DNA of 64,000 nucleotides from the NCBI GenBank assembly GCA_050732635.1, contig JBOHRE010000004.1, forward strand, positions 1,518 through 65,517, read 5' to 3'. Shown piece by piece: positions 28,321-37,855 of this stretch (position 1 is its first letter; each line of letters opens with the position of its first letter). A program made the translations under genes and the position numbers. A model generated the notes under the pieces. That model did no database searches. It saw only the letters and a list, made by a program, of their open reading frames with translations, and was not told the origin of the DNA. Origin of the DNA: Longimicrobiales bacterium (GTDB taxonomy: Bacteria; Gemmatimonadota; Gemmatimonadetes; Longimicrobiales; RSA9).

Positions 28321-28444
28321 GATCACACCCATCCTCTAGCTGATCCCGAGCTCCTCGCGCCATGATGCGGCCTCGTCGGCCGCACGGCCAGATCCCGCGT
28401 ATCGGCGAGGGCCACGCCACGCCTGCACGCCTGGGACCCGTGCG

Positions 28445-28855
28445 TCAGCCGGTCCCGCCGCCGCTGACCATCCAGGGGATGCCGAAGCGATCCACGAGCA
28501 TGCCGAATCGCTCGGCCCAGAAGGTCTTCTCGATCGGCATCGTCACGCTCCCGTTCTCGGCCAGCGCGTTGAAGATCCGGTCCGCCTCGGCGGGATCGTC
28601 GACCTGCAGCGAAACCCAGAGTCCCTGCGGCTGCACGTAGCGGTCGGGAGGGCTGTCGGACGCCATCAGCACCGCGTCGCCCGCTACCAGGTACGCATGC
28701 AGGATCCGCTCATGCCACTCCGGTGGCACCTGATCCGCGATCGGCGACTCACCATGGGTGATCATTGCTTCGATCTTGCCGCCGAGCACGCGCTCGTAGA
28801 ACCGAAACGCGCTCTCGCAGTCGCCGTTGAAGTTGAGGTACGGATGCGCTTGCAT
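28445..28855 (-). CDS. VOC family protein (PhnB/YjdN-like)
   Basis: MQAHPYLNFNGDCESAFRFYERVLGG...FGIPWMV. Confidence 0.85.
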   Translation of the reverse strand: MQAHPYLNFNGDCESAFRFYERVLGGKIEAMITHGESPIADQVPPEWHERILHAYLVAGDAVLMASDSPPDRYVQPQGLWVSLQVDDPAEADRIFNALAENGSVTMPIEKTFWAERFGMLVDRFGIPWMVSGGGTG

Positions 28856-28940
28856 CAGGACGTCCTCCAGTCGATCGGTGATCGTGCGGGCCGCGGCCGC
28901 GGCCGCGCGCGCGGCCGCGACCGGGTCTCGATGCCGCTGC

Positions 28941-29351
28941 TCATGCGCCGCCCTTGGCGAGCTGCTCCCTCAGCCGCGCGTGGTGCTCGATCGCCTCGCC
29001 GCCGCCGAAGTCCTCGAGCTCGAAGACCTGGCGGATCTCGACGTGGCCCTCGGTGAACGGCACGCGCTTGGCCCACTCGATCGCCTCCTCCTTCGACTTC
29101 ACCTGAATCAGCCAGAACCCGGCGATCAGCTCCTTCGTCTCGGTGAAGGGCCCGTCGGTCACGGTGCGCTTGGATCCCGCGTAGTTGACCCGTGCGCCCT
29201 TCGAGCTCGCCTGCAGGCCCTCGCCCGCGAGCAGCACGCCGGCCTTCACCAGCTCCTCGTTGTAGCGCGCCATGTCGGCGAGCTCCTGCTCGGTGGGCAT
29301 GACACCGGCCTCCGACCTCTTGTCCGCCTTCACGATCATCATGAAGCGCAT
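28941..29351 (-). CDS. YciI/DGPF family protein
   Basis: MRFMMIVKADKRSEAG...VTDGPFTETKELIAGFWLIQVKSKEEA. Confidence 0.85.
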   Translation of the reverse strand: MRFMMIVKADKRSEAGVMPTEQELADMARYNEELVKAGVLLAGEGLQASSKGARVNYAGSKRTVTDGPFTETKELIAGFWLIQVKSKEEAIEWAKRVPFTEGHVEIRQVFELEDFGGGEAIEHHARLREQLAKGGA

Positions 29352-29533
29352 GGTTGGACTCCTTCCGCATTTTGCCGTTTGGAGCAGGGCTCCCGGTCGG
29401 CCCCCGACCGAGTCCGATCCCTGCCTCTACCCTCACGTCGAACGAGGCACCGCGAAATCGACACAGCGCTCCCAACCGTGTCTGTTGGGCGGCCCGGGCT
29501 GCTCGACTCGCCGGCCATGCCGTATACTGCGTC

Positions 29534-30355
29534 ATGATCGTGCACCTCGTCGATGGCACCTACGAGCTGTTCCGGCACTTCTACGGGCTGCGCCGCTTCG
29601 TCAAGGGCGCCGACCCGCCGTTCGGCGCGGTGGTCGGCGTGCTGCGGACCGTGGTGCAGATGCTCGAGACCGGCGCCACGCACCTCGGCGTCGCCACCGA
29701 TCACGTGATCGAGTCGTTCCGCAACGATCTCTGGCCCGGTTACAAGACGGGGGCGGGCGTCGAGCGCGCGCTGCTGGCGCAGTTCCAGCCGCTCGAAGAG
29801 GCGCTCGTGGCCATGGGTGTGGCCGTGTGGCCGATGGTCGAGCTGGAAGCCGACGACGCCCTCGCCTCGGCCGCGCACCTCGCCGCCGCCGACGAGCGCG
29901 TCGAGAAGGTCTGCGTCTGGACGCCCGACAAGGATCTCGCCCAATGCGTGCGCGGCGAGCGCGTGGTACAGGTCGACCGCAAGAGCGGCAAGATCCGCGA
30001 CGCGGAAGCGGTGCGCCAGAAGTTCGGCGTCGACGCCGCGCTGATCCCGGACTACCTGGCCCTGGTCGGCGATGCCGCCGACGGCTATCCCGGCATCCCC
30101 GGCATCGGGCCGACCACGGCCGCGCGGCTGCTGAACAAGCACGGCGCCATCGAGGCGATGCCGGCGGGCGTGCTGAAGGACCGCGACCTGGCACTGCTGT
30201 TCAAGGACGTGGCGACGCTGCGCAGCGACGCGCCGCTGTTCGCCGACGTCGACGAGCTCCGCTGGCGCGGCCCTACCCGGGCCTTCGCCGCGCTGGCCGA
30301 GCGCCTCGGCGAGCCCCGCCTGCTGCAGCGCTGCCTCGCCGCGCAGTCGGCGTGA
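29534..30355 (+). CDS. stand-alone 5'-3' exonuclease (FEN/ExoIX-like)
   Basis: ATG 29534 gives MIVHLVDGTYELFRHFYG. The acidic cluster ELEADDALA and the H3TH motif LVGDAADGYPGIPGIG are present. Confidence 0.85.
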   Translation: MIVHLVDGTYELFRHFYGLRRFVKGADPPFGAVVGVLRTVVQMLETGATHLGVATDHVIESFRNDLWPGYKTGAGVERALLAQFQPLEEALVAMGVAVWPMVELEADDALASAAHLAAADERVEKVCVWTPDKDLAQCVRGERVVQVDRKSGKIRDAEAVRQKFGVDAALIPDYLALVGDAADGYPGIPGIGPTTAARLLNKHGAIEAMPAGVLKDRDLALLFKDVATLRSDAPLFADVDELRWRGPTRAFAALAERLGEPRLLQRCLAAQSA

Positions 30356-30397
30356 CGCGCCCGAACCGGGACGGTGGCCAGGATCAGGGCGGCTCCT

Positions 30398-31180
30398 TCA
30401 CGGACGACGCTGCGCGAAGAGCCATGCGGGCAGCTCGCTGGATCGGTAGGCCGGATCCCACGCGTTGTGGCCGACGCCGGTCAGCTCGACGTAATGGACG
30501 GCCGCGCCGGCCGCATCCAGCGCCGCATGCATCGCGCGGGACTCGGACACCGGCACGGCGGGATCCGCCTCGCCGTGGACGATCCAGACCGGCAGATCCC
30601 GGATCCGCTCGGCCAGGCGCTCGAACCGGCTGCGCTCAGCCTCGGGCAGAAAGCTGCCGAAGCTCGCCAGGCCGCTGACGAAGCCACACACGACGGCGAG
30701 CGCCGCGAAGCGCTCCGGGTGATGGTAGGCGAGGTACCAGGTGCCGTTGCCGCCCATGGACATGCCCGTCAGGTAGACGCGTGAGGGGTCCGTGTCGAAC
30801 TCGGCCAGGGTCTGATCGAGCGCGGCGAGAGCGGCTCGACCCGCATCGCCCTGCCAGGTCTCCTCGAGCGGGACCTGCGGGAAGACGATGATCGCGGGGT
30901 AGCTCTCGGGCGCGCGGCGCACCGCGCTGCCAAGCCCGACTTCGGTCTGGATCAGGCCGTCGGCGCCGCGCTCGCCGGCGCCGTGCAGAAACAGGATCAC
31001 CGGCCACGCCTCGCCGCCGTCGTAGCTGCGCGGCACGTAGACCTGATACGCGTAGGTCCGGCCGTCGACGGTCACGCTCCTGTCCAGAAAGCCAGTAGCC
31101 GGCTGCTGGGCGGTCGACATGCCCGGCCTCGTCGCAGCAACCATGAGCGCAATCCCGATGGTCTTCGACACGCCGCCCAT
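30398..31180 (-). CDS. secreted alpha/beta hydrolase (esterase/depolymerase-like)
   Basis: LFLHGAGERG, the nucleophile elbow GMSMGG, and C-terminal HGEAD...GHN are present. The ATG at 31180 shares 1 nt with the upstream stop (TGATG). Confidence 0.8.
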   Translation of the reverse strand: MGGVSKTIGIALMVAATRPGMSTAQQPATGFLDRSVTVDGRTYAYQVYVPRSYDGGEAWPVILFLHGAGERGADGLIQTEVGLGSAVRRAPESYPAIIVFPQVPLEETWQGDAGRAALAALDQTLAEFDTDPSRVYLTGMSMGGNGTWYLAYHHPERFAALAVVCGFVSGLASFGSFLPEAERSRFERLAERIRDLPVWIVHGEADPAVPVSESRAMHAALDAAGAAVHYVELTGVGHNAWDPAYRSSELPAWLFAQRRP

Positions 31181-31443
31181 CAGTACTCGGCGAAGACGCG
31201 GTCGGCATAGCAGTACAGCCACCGCTCTCCCGGCTCGGCGGCGGCGATGACCGGGTGCCCGCTCGCGCGCGTGTGCCTCCTGGCATGGCGGTTCGGCGAG
31301 CTGTCGCAGCACAACGTCGCGCCGCACGCCTGGCAGGTCCTGAGGTGCACCCAGCGTGCGCCCATCTTCACGCACTCCTCGCACTGGTAATCCTTCGCCG
31401 ACGTCACGGTCGTGACCGCAGCAACGTGCGCGCACGTCGTCAT
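31180..31443 (-). CDS. UBP-type zinc-finger protein (87 aa)
   Basis: CEECVKMGARWVHLRTCQACGATLCCDSSPNRHARRHTRASGHPV matches the zf-UBP Cys/His pattern. Start taken at ATG 31443. Confidence 0.75.
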   Translation of the reverse strand: MTTCAHVAAVTTVTSAKDYQCEECVKMGARWVHLRTCQACGATLCCDSSPNRHARRHTRASGHPVIAAAEPGERWLYCYADRVFAEY

Positions 31444-31522
31444 GTTGGGCTTCCTCGGCTCCGGCGGTTGGCGTTGCAAGTGTCTCGGCTGGCGCATGAA
31501 GCCGCCGCTGACACCTCCCTAA

Positions 31523-31550
31523 TGTAGCTGTGCCCGAGCCTGAGGCTACA
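31523..31550. promoter_or_regulatory. inverted repeat TGTAGC-N16-GCTACA upstream of padR (candidate operator)
   Basis: A perfect 6-bp inverted repeat (31523-31528 and 31545-31550) lies in the divergent spacer between the zf-UBP gene and the PadR gene. No binding data support it. Confidence 0.25.
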
Positions 31551-31700
31551 GGGCGAAGTGCGGGCGCGGGCCAGCGATCGAGGCAACCGGGCCACGAGCG
31601 GCGACCCGCCCGCGCGCCAGCCCCCTTGCGCGTCTATGGAGCCCATTGTACGGTGCTTTACCTTGTCAGGTCTATGGAAGACGACACCGGGAGGCACCGC

Positions 31701-32054
31701 ATGGCGGAGGCGGAGCGCGCGCTGCTGCACGGCACGTTGGAGCTGTTGATCCTGAAGACGCTGAGCTGGGGTGCCATGCACGGCTACGGCGTCGCCCGCT
31801 GGATCGAGGAGGTGACGGAGGACGCGTTGCAGGTGGAGGAGGGATCACTCTACCCGGCGCTGCACCGGATGGAGCGGAAGGGCTGGGTCGAGCCGGAGTG
31901 GGGGCTGTCGGAGAACAATCGGCGGGCGAAGTACTATCGGCTGACGGCGGCGGGGCGGAAGCAGCTGAAGGAGCAGGCGTCGAGCTGGGACCGTCTGGCG
32001 GACGCGGTGACGCGAGCGCTGCGCGCGAAGCGGGCGCCGGCGTGGGCGAGGTGA
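31701..32054 (+). CDS. PadR family transcriptional regulator
   Basis: GTLELLILKTLSWGAMHGYGVARWIEEV...EGSLYPALHRMERKGWV. ATG 31701 is preceded by GGGAGG. Confidence 0.9.
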   Translation: MAEAERALLHGTLELLILKTLSWGAMHGYGVARWIEEVTEDALQVEEGSLYPALHRMERKGWVEPEWGLSENNRRAKYYRLTAAGRKQLKEQASSWDRLADAVTRALRAKRAPAWAR

Positions 32055-32060
32055 TCGGCG

Positions 32061-34730
32061 ATGGCTGAGCCGATGTGGCGTCGCTACGCGCGGCTGCTCG
32101 GTCCCGACCCGAAGTCCGATGCGGCCGACGAGATCACGTTCCACATCGACATGCGCGTGCGCGAGTACATGGCGCAGGGTATGGACGAGCCGAGTGCGCG
32201 CGCGGCGGCGCTGAAGCGGTTCGGCGAGGTGGTCGAGATCCGGCAGGAGCTGGAGCGGCTGGGCGTGTCGGCGCAGCGCCGCGAGCGGCGGCGGAGCTGG
32301 ATGGCCGAGCTGGCGCAGGACGCGCGCTACGCGGGCCGCATGATCGCGCGGGCGCCGGCGCTGAGCGTCGTCGCCGTGCTGACACTCGCGCTCGGGGTCG
32401 GGGCGACGTCGTCGATCTTTACCGTGGTCGACGGCGTGCTGCTGCGGCCGCTGCCGTATCCGGCGCCGGAGCGGCTGGTGCGGGTCTGGGAGACGTCGCC
32501 GCAGGGCGACGCGACGAATGTCGTGTCGTCGGGCAATGTCGTGGACTGGTCGACTCGGGCGACGTCGTTCGTCGAGCTCGGCGCGCACCGCTGGCCGTAC
32601 GCGGTCACCATGACCGGGCCGGTCGAGCCGGTGCGTGTGCTGCGTGGCGACCTGACACCGTCGGCGCTGCGGGCGCTGGGTGCGAGCCCGCTGCTGGGCC
32701 GCGTGTTCACGGACGAGGATGCGCGCGCGGGCGGGCGCGTCGCCCTGCTCAGCTACCGCCTGTGGCGGGACGGCTTCGGCTCGGACCCCGGCGTGCTGGG
32801 CCGCATGGTGCGGCTGAACGAGGTCGCCTACACGGTCATCGGCGTCATGCGGCCGGAGTTCGCGTTCCCCTCGGCGCAGCCGGAGCTGTGGCGGCCGATC
32901 ACGCCGGACGAGCTGGATCCGGACGAGCGGCGCAGCCACAACTTCCTGGTGGTCGGCCGCCTCGAGCAGGGCGTGACCGTGACGCAGGCGCAGGCGGAGA
33001 TGGACGCACTCGCGGTCGCGCTGGCGGAGGAGCATCCGCAGTTCATGAGCGGGTGGGGCGCGAACGTGGTGCCGATGCACGCCGATCTCGTCGCGAGCGT
33101 GCGGCCGGTTCTGATCGTGCTGCTGGCCGGTGTCTCGCTGGTGCTGCTCATTGCCTGCACCAACATCGCCAATCTGCTCCTCGCGCGCGCGGTGACGCGG
33201 GAGCGCGAGATCGCCGTACGCGGCGCGCTCGGCGCCGGGCGCGGCCGGCTGGCGCGGCAACTCCTGACCGAGAGCGCGGTGCTGGGCGTGGCGGGCGGCG
33301 CGCTCGGGCTGCTGGTCGGCGCGCTCATGCTGCAGGGCCTGCTCGCACTGGCGCCGGACGACATCCCGCGGCTCGACCAGGTAGGACTGGACCGCCGCGC
33401 GGTGGCGTTCACCGCCGGCATCACCATGCTCAGCGCACTGCTGTTCGGTCTCGTGCCCGCTTTCCGCCTCGCGCGCACCGACCTGCAGTCCACACTGCGC
33501 GGCGCCAGCGACCCGGCGGGCGGCGTGCGTCACGCGCGACTCCGCGCGGCGCTGCTGGTGGCAGAGGTCGCCGTCGCGCTGGTGCTCATGGCCGGTGCGG
33601 GGCTGCTGGTGCGCTCGTCGGTGCGCCTGACGCAGGTCGATTACGGGTTCCGCGACGACGGGCTGCTCGCCGTGTCGCTCGACCTGCCGCGCGCCCGCTA
33701 CGAGGCCACGCCCGCGCACATCGAGTTCTATCAGCGTCTGACCGAGCGCGTGGCGCAGCTGCCGGGCGTCGTCGGCGCGGGCGGTACCACCGAGCCGCCG
33801 GCTAGCGGCTTCAACATGACGTTCAGCTTCCAGATCGAGGGGCGTGAGGCGGCGAACCCGAGCGGCCGCGAGGACCCGCAGCCGCTGCGCATCGTGACCA
33901 CCGATTATTTCCGGACGATGGGTGTGCCGCTGCTCCAGGGTCGGCTGTTCGACGACCGCGATCGGCCCGGCGCTCCGCCCATCATCATCATCAACCGCGC
34001 GCTGGCGCGGCTGCACTGGCCGGACCGCTCGCCGGTCGGTGAGCGCATCAGCTTTGCGCGGCCGGGCGCGCAGGAGTGGCTCGAGATCGTCGGCGTGGTC
34101 GGCGACACGCGCATGGTCGCCGCCGACGAGCCGCCGCAGCCGGCGCTGTACATGCCGCACGCGCAGAAGCTCTGGGACTGGGCGTCGTGGCTGACGCTCA
34201 TGGTGCGGACCGAGGCTGGCCGCGACCCGAGCGCGCTGGCCCCCGCGATCCGCGCCGCCCTGCGGCAGCAGGACGCCGAGCTCGCCATCACCGAACTGGC
34301 CACGGTCGAGGACCTGTATCGCGCGAGCACGGCGCGCAACCGCTTCGCGACCGTGCTGCTCAGCGCGTTCGCCATCGCAGCGCTGCTGCTCGGTTCGATC
34401 GGCATGTACGGCGTGCTGTCCTACGCCGTCGCTCAACGGCGGCGCGAGCTCGGCATCCGCGTCGCGCTCGGCGCCGACCGCGGTCGCCTGCTCGCTGACG
34501 TGGTGCGTCGCGCCCTCGCGCTGACTGCGCTCGGCATCGCGATCGGCGCAGCTGCCGCCCTCGCGCTCGGGCGCGCGCTCAGCGCGCTGCTCTACGAGAT
34601 CTCGCCACACGACCCGCTGACGCTCGGCGCCGTGGCCGCGCTGCTGCTGATCGTCGCCGCCGCCGCGGCGCTGCTGCCGGCGCGGCGCGCGACGCGCGTG
34701 GATCCGATGCTGGTCATGCGCCACGGCTGA
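32061..34730 (+). CDS. ADOP-type duplicated MacB/FtsX-like permease with an N-terminal prefix domain
   Basis: 889 aa, starting 7 nt after padR. The prefix ...ITFHIDMRVREYMAQGM...AALKRFG is followed by two MacB_PCD/FtsX halves. Confidence 0.9.
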   Translation: MAEPMWRRYARLLGPDPKSDAADEITFHIDMRVREYMAQGMDEPSARAAALKRFGEVVEIRQELERLGVSAQRRERRRSWMAELAQDARYAGRMIARAPALSVVAVLTLALGVGATSSIFTVVDGVLLRPLPYPAPERLVRVWETSPQGDATNVVSSGNVVDWSTRATSFVELGAHRWPYAVTMTGPVEPVRVLRGDLTPSALRALGASPLLGRVFTDEDARAGGRVALLSYRLWRDGFGSDPGVLGRMVRLNEVAYTVIGVMRPEFAFPSAQPELWRPITPDELDPDERRSHNFLVVGRLEQGVTVTQAQAEMDALAVALAEEHPQFMSGWGANVVPMHADLVASVRPVLIVLLAGVSLVLLIACTNIANLLLARAVTREREIAVRGALGAGRGRLARQLLTESAVLGVAGGALGLLVGALMLQGLLALAPDDIPRLDQVGLDRRAVAFTAGITMLSALLFGLVPAFRLARTDLQSTLRGASDPAGGVRHARLRAALLVAEVAVALVLMAGAGLLVRSSVRLTQVDYGFRDDGLLAVSLDLPRARYEATPAHIEFYQRLTERVAQLPGVVGAGGTTEPPASGFNMTFSFQIEGREAANPSGREDPQPLRIVTTDYFRTMGVPLLQGRLFDDRDRPGAPPIIIINRALARLHWPDRSPVGERISFARPGAQEWLEIVGVVGDTRMVAADEPPQPALYMPHAQKLWDWASWLTLMVRTEAGRDPSALAPAIRAALRQQDAELAITELATVEDLYRASTARNRFATVLLSAFAIAALLLGSIGMYGVLSYAVAQRRRELGIRVALGADRGRLLADVVRRALALTALGIAIGAAAALALGRALSALLYEISPHDPLTLGAVAALLLIVAAAAALLPARRATRVDPMLVMRHG

Positions 34731-34809
34731 GCCGGGTTCTTTGGCGTCGCTCCGCCACCGGGCGGCCCGGCACTTCCGCTCGCGTGCCGTGGTCCCGCCG
34801 GCCGGCGGT

Positions 34810-34857
34810 TGTAACCGGCATAACACTATTGACAGGTTACAGCGGCCCGCCTAGCTT
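34810..34857 (+). promoter_or_regulatory. candidate promoter with overlapping inverted repeat upstream of the arginase-family gene
   Basis: TTGACA (34829-34834), a 17-nt spacer, then TAGCTT (34852-34857). A perfect 7-bp inverted repeat, TGTAACC (34810-16) and GGTTACA (34835-41), flanks the -35. Confidence 0.35.
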
Positions 34858-34903
34858 GGCGCCGGTAAGCAGGACATCACCGCTGCGGAAAGGCCGGATC
34901 AGC

Positions 34904-35872
34904 ATGACCGTCGTCGCGCAGGGCAGGGGACGAGCTACGCGGGAGCTTGGCGCGCGTCGCCTCGGGATCGTGGGAGCGCCGTCGAGTATTGGGATTCGGC
35001 CGTACGATGAGAGCGGCGAGGCGCGCCAGCTGGACCGGGCGCCGGGCGTGCTGCGGGAGCTCGGCCTGGTCGCGCGGCTCGACGCGGACGACCTCGGCGA
35101 TGTCACGCCTCCTGGCTATCGGGATTTCACCCGTCCGCCGGGCGGAGTGCGCAACGAGGCGGGCGTGGCGGCCTACAGCCGGGCGCTGGCGGACCGCATC
35201 GCGCTCGGCCTCGACGGTGGTCGCTTCGTGCTGGTCCTGGGCGGTGATTGCAGCATCGTACTGGGCTGCTTGCTCGGCGCCATGCGTCGGCCGGGGCGCA
35301 CCGGCCTGGCGTACATCGATGGTCACGCCGACTTCGCGACGCCGGCCGAGTCGGTCACCGGTTCGGCGGCGAGCATGTGTCTCGCGCTGGCGGTCGGGCG
35401 GGGCGACTCCACTCTCGCCAGGCTCGCGGGCGCTACGTCGCTGGTGCAGGCGCAGGATGTGGCGCTGATCGGTCGGCGCGACGAGGGCCAGCCTTATGGT
35501 CATCGGGCCCTCGACGTCTCCGGCATTCTCGACGTTCCGGCCGCGGTGCTCTCGGCCACCGGCGGTGCCGCAGTCGCATCAACCGTCCTCGAGCGCATCG
35601 ACGGCGCCGGGGTCGGCGGCTTCTGGATCCACGTGGACGCCGACGTGCTCGACCCGCGAGTGATGCCGGCGGTCGACTCGCCCGAACCCGGTGGGCCGGG
35701 CATCGACGACCTGGTCGAGCTGATCACTCCGCTGGTCGACCATCCTCGCGCTCTTGGAATGCAGCTGACGATTTACGATCCGCTGCTGGATCCCGATCGG
35801 GCGGCTGCAGTGCGTCTCGTCGCGCTCCTCGAGCGGGTGCTGCAGCACCGCTCTGCCGGCGTACGCCGATGA
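34904..35872 (+). CDS. arginase/agmatinase/formiminoglutamase family hydrolase
   Basis: GIVGAPSSIG, GGDCSI and IDGHADF...VDADVLDP are the Mn-ligand motifs of the ureohydrolase fold. Confidence 0.85.
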   Translation: MTVVAQGRGRATRELGARRLGIVGAPSSIGIRPYDESGEARQLDRAPGVLRELGLVARLDADDLGDVTPPGYRDFTRPPGGVRNEAGVAAYSRALADRIALGLDGGRFVLVLGGDCSIVLGCLLGAMRRPGRTGLAYIDGHADFATPAESVTGSAASMCLALAVGRGDSTLARLAGATSLVQAQDVALIGRRDEGQPYGHRALDVSGILDVPAAVLSATGGAAVASTVLERIDGAGVGGFWIHVDADVLDPRVMPAVDSPEPGGPGIDDLVELITPLVDHPRALGMQLTIYDPLLDPDRAAAVRLVALLERVLQHRSAGVRR

Positions 35873-36219
35873 TCGCACGTACCTGGCACGGCCGGGTTCC
35901 GGCTGCGAAGGCGGCCGCGTACTACGAGTACCTTCTGAGAACCGGCGTCGCAGACTATCGCGCCACCCCGGGCAACCGCGGAATCCTCTTACAGCGTCGG
36001 GTCGAAGGCGACGTGGCGCACTTCTGCTTGACGACGCTCTGGGATTCCGTCGACGCCATTCGGCGCTTCGCCGGCGAGGACTACCAGGCCGCGCGCTATT
36101 ACCCCGGAGACGACGAGTACCTGCTCGAGCGCGAGCCCACCGTCACGCACGCCGACGTGCTGCTGACTGTGATGGACGGCGCCGAGCTCGCGGCCGAGGG
36201 ACGGACGTCGACTGCGTAG
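35869..36219 (+). CDS. ABM-like (antibiotic biosynthesis monooxygenase fold) protein
   Basis: 116 aa with an ATGA overlap to the arginase-family stop. MIARTWHGRVPAAKAAAYYEYL... Confidence 0.7.
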   Translation: MIARTWHGRVPAAKAAAYYEYLLRTGVADYRATPGNRGILLQRRVEGDVAHFCLTTLWDSVDAIRRFAGEDYQAARYYPGDDEYLLEREPTVTHADVLLTVMDGAELAAEGRTSTA

Positions 36220-36262
36220 ATCCCGCGCTGGCACGGCCGCCAGGGGTGCGCCGTGCAGGCGC

Positions 36263-36907
36263 TCAGCCCGACCTGGCACGCGCGGCATCGGCGCTCGCGG
36301 CGAGCTCCGCTTCGGTCGTGACGCACATACCGAGGTCGCGCAGCAGGCCATCCCCGACGTCGTAGATCCACCCGTGCACCGCCACCGCCTGGCTTCGCGC
36401 CCAGGCGTCCTGCACGACGGTCGTCTGGCTGACGTTCACGACCTGCTCGATGACGTTCAGCTCGCACAACCGGTCGTGCCGTTGCGACTCGGTCTCCAGC
36501 GACTCGAGCTGCGCCTCGTGCTTCCAGCGTACGTCCTGTACGTGGCGCAGCCAGTTGTCCACCAGCCCCAGCTTCTCGTCGCGCAGAGCTGCGAGCACGC
36601 CGCCGCAGCCGTAGTGTCCACAGACGATGATGTGGCCGACCCGCAGGACGTCGACCGCGAACTGGATGGCCGAGAGGCAGTTCAGGTCGGCATGCACCAC
36701 CACATTGGCGACGTTGCGGTGCACGAACATCTCGCCCGGCGCCAGGCCCACGATCTGATTCGCCGGTACCCGGCTATCCGAGCAGCCGATCCACAGGTAG
36801 CCAGGCGCCTGTTGGCGCGCCAACCGCCGAAAGAAGTCGGCGTCCTGCCGCGTCACGTCCGCGGCCCACTTGCGATTGTTGCTGAAGAGCTGGCTCAGAA
36901 CCCGCAT
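36263..36907 (-). CDS. can: beta-class carbonic anhydrase
   Basis: WIGCSDSRVPANQIVG...FVHRNVANVV...ICGHYGCGGV aligns along its whole length with E. coli Can. Confidence 0.92.
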   Translation of the reverse strand: MRVLSQLFSNNRKWAADVTRQDADFFRRLARQQAPGYLWIGCSDSRVPANQIVGLAPGEMFVHRNVANVVVHADLNCLSAIQFAVDVLRVGHIIVCGHYGCGGVLAALRDEKLGLVDNWLRHVQDVRWKHEAQLESLETESQRHDRLCELNVIEQVVNVSQTTVVQDAWARSQAVAVHGWIYDVGDGLLRDLGMCVTTEAELAASADAARARSG

Positions 36908-36959
36908 CGCTGCTCCACGTTCACGGCTCGATCCCCGGCGACTGGCGCAGGCCTCACGG

Positions 36960-37340
36960 CTATTCCCGGGGAAGCAGCTTCGCCAGACGCTTCGGCGCGG
37001 CACGGCGGTATCCATCCACGATCAGCTCTTCGACCTCAGCCCAATCGTGGCTCAGCGGATCGGCGATGGAGACCCAACCGTGTTGGCCGATGTACGGCGT
37101 ACGGTAGAAGGGACCGCGCCGAATGAGCGCCGCCTGCGTCAGCGGGTCGGCTTTGATCGAGACAGCCATGCCGTCCTCGCCCATGCCGGCGATCACGAAC
37201 GACTTCTTGCCGACGCGAAACGAGGTGTGGCCGAAGCCATCGATCACCTCGGTCGCCTCGGGAAGTCGCCCGCATACCTGCCGCAGCGCGGCGAGGAGCC
37301 GCTGGCCCTCCGGTGACTGTAGCTGCACTGCGTGGGACAT
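36960..37340 (-). CDS. MmcQ/YjbR family DNA-binding protein
   Basis: ATG 37340 gives MSHAVQLQSPEG...GHTSFRVGKKSFVIAG...TPYIGQHGWVSI. Confidence 0.8.
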   Translation of the reverse strand: MSHAVQLQSPEGQRLLAALRQVCGRLPEATEVIDGFGHTSFRVGKKSFVIAGMGEDGMAVSIKADPLTQAALIRRGPFYRTPYIGQHGWVSIADPLSHDWAEVEELIVDGYRRAAPKRLAKLLPRE

Positions 37341-37531
37341 GTCTGCTAGTCCGACCCATGGTGTCTGCGCTGCCGATTGTGCCGAGCGCGGGGAGCCCCG
37401 CCGTAGCGATGAAGCGGGAGCATGTCCAGCCGCCGCCGTCTGGTCGGTAGCGGACAACCGTACATTGGCCGGCGGCTTGCAGCAACTCGGGTGCGCTGGT
37501 CCCCGAGGTCGCCCCGATGAGAAGGTGCCCC

Positions 37532-37855
37532 ATGGCAGAAGTCCTGGTGCAGCTGAGTACGCCGACCCTCGATTCAGAAGGCAAGGGCTACGTCGCGCGC
37601 ATCTGCGGGCGCGAGGCAGAAGACGGGCTGTGGGAGGGCTGGATCGAGTTCGACCCGGAGGACGGCGGTCCCGTTCTGCGGACGCAGCGCGAGACGGAGC
37701 AGCCGAATCGGGAGGATCTCGAGTATTGGGCCGGCGGGCTGACGGCTGCTTACCTCGAGGGGGCACTGCAGCGCGCGCTCGATCCGCACACGCCCGACCT
37801 GCGCCCGCGGCAGGTCGACGTCCGTCCCACGTATGATCGGCCCGCCCCGAGCTGA
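37532..37855 (+). CDS. hypothetical acidic protein (107 aa)
   Basis: ATG 37532 is preceded by GAGAAGGTG. The sequence MAEVLVQLSTPTLDSEGKGYVARICGRE... matches no family I recognise. Confidence 0.5.
   Translation: MAEVLVQLSTPTLDSEGKGYVARICGREAEDGLWEGWIEFDPEDGGPVLRTQRETEQPNREDLEYWAGGLTAAYLEGALQRALDPHTPDLRPRQVDVRPTYDRPAPS

Noticed and set aside
31845-34826. A 993-aa ORF antisense to the ADOP permease. Similar giant antisense ORFs occur at 26124-28130, 1623-3410, 24055-25023, 29272-30678 and 16306-region overlaps.
   Set aside because: Their composition is Arg/Ala/Pro/Gly-dominated, typical of stop-codon-poor antisense frames in ~70% GC DNA. Each lies opposite a gene with clear family motifs. None has a motif of its own.
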